Position numbers and translations under genes: made by a program. From positions 35,528,001-35,592,000 of the forward strand of contig NC_086108.1 of the NCBI RefSeq assembly GCF_963921235.1: 64,000 nucleotides of DNA, read 5' to 3'. The first letter of the stretch is position 1. Each line of letters opens with the position of its first letter. This document shows positions 63,101-64,000 of the stretch, piece by piece. Under the pieces are notes generated by a model that was given only the letters and a program-made list of their open reading frames with translations, ran no database searches and was not told where the DNA came from. The stretch comes from Mobula hypostoma. Its lineage: Eukaryota.

Positions 63101-64000
63101 AGGCTAGAGACTAGAGGTGAGGCTGGAGGCTGGAAGCTAGAGACTAGAGGCTGGAGGCTGGAGGCTGGAGGCTGGAGACTAGACTCTACAGGCTCGAGGC
63201 TAGGCAAGGGACCAGGCAAGGCTTAGCAGGAGGCTGGAGGCTAGAGACTAGAGGCGACGCTGGAGTTTGGAGGCTAGAGGCTAGAGACTAGAGGCTGGAG
63301 GCTGGAGACTAGAAGCGAGGCTGGAGACTGGAGACGAGGCTGGAGGCTGGAGACTAGAGGTGAGGCTGGAGACTGGAGACTGGAGGCAAGGCTGGAGGCT
63401 GGAGACTAAAGGCTGGAGGCTGGAGACTAGAGGTGAGGCTGGACACTAGAGACTAAAGACTAGAGACTAGAGACTCGAGGTGAGGCTGGAGGCTGGAGAA
63501 TAGAGGCGAGGCTGGAGGCTGGAGGCTGGAGACGAGACTAGAGGCGAGGCTGGAGGCTGGAGGCTGGAGATGAGACTAGAGGCAAGGCTGGAGGCTGGAG
63601 GCTGGAGACTAGAGGCGAGACTGGACGCTAGAGGCTGGAGGCTGGAGACGAGACCAGAGACGAGGCTGGAGGCTGGAGACTAGAGGCGAGGCTGGAGGCT
63701 GGAGGCTGGAGACCAGAGGCGAGGCTGGAGGCTGGAGGCTAGAGACTAGAGGTGCGGCTGGAGGCTGGAAGCTAGAGACTAGAGGCTGGAGGCTGGAGGC
63801 TGGAAGCTGGAGGCTGGAGGCTGGAGACTAGACTCTACAGGCTCGAGGCTAGGCAAGGGACCAGGCAAGGCTTAGCAGGAGGCTGGAGGCTAGAGACTAG
63901 AGGCGACGCTGGAGGTTGGAGGCTAGAGGCTAGAGACTAGAGGCTGGAGGCTGGAGACTAGAAGCGAGGCTGGAGACTGGAGACGAGGCTGGAGGCTGGA
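51143..64000 (+). repeat. G/A-rich compound satellite (GGAGGCT, GAGACTA, GGCGA units) with higher-order repeats; continues past the window end
   Basis: Read directly. The landmark GTCTACAGGCTCGAGGCTAGGCAAG recurs throughout. Identical translated blocks occur at offsets 3139 and 5421. Confidence 0.97.

Noticed and set aside
52081..63219. ORFs in the satellite (LEAGGWRLE.. and SLQPPAS..) as a repetitive structural protein
   Set aside because: They are translations of heptamer repeats, with frequent TAG stops on both strands and no sustained frame.
51143..64000. CRISPR-like array (recurring landmark with intervening sequence)
   Set aside because: The intervening sequences are themselves repeats of very variable length, not unique spacers. 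There are no cas genes and the context is eukaryotic.

Overview
Repeat-dense eukaryotic DNA in which I could not identify a host protein-coding gene. The element mix (CR1, Rex1/Babar, RTE, Penelope, V-SINE-like, Gypsy, Tc1, hAT) suggests a vertebrate, probably a cartilaginous fish; this is inference. Bases 1-51,140 are a mosaic of mostly decayed and often nested transposons. These include two young, near-identical CR1 LINEs in inverted orientation (1-2665 and 47111-49304), a decayed chromodomain Ty3/Gypsy provirus with two later insertions, solo LTRs with target-site duplications (TSDs), and a Hero-like retroelement with a restriction-like endonuclease. Bases ~51,143-64,000 are one G/A-rich heptamer-based satellite (GGAGGCT/GAGACTA) with kilobase higher-order duplications; it runs off the window end. 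The most notable signal is a set of minimal type-I hammerhead ribozyme motifs (AGTC-CTGACGA-A-GGG..CCC-GAAA-CGTC-GACT) in the Penelope termini. Four have intact cores and several are decayed, and two pairs sit in fold-back elements with inverted ribozyme arms. Boundaries of decayed elements are approximate and were read by eye.
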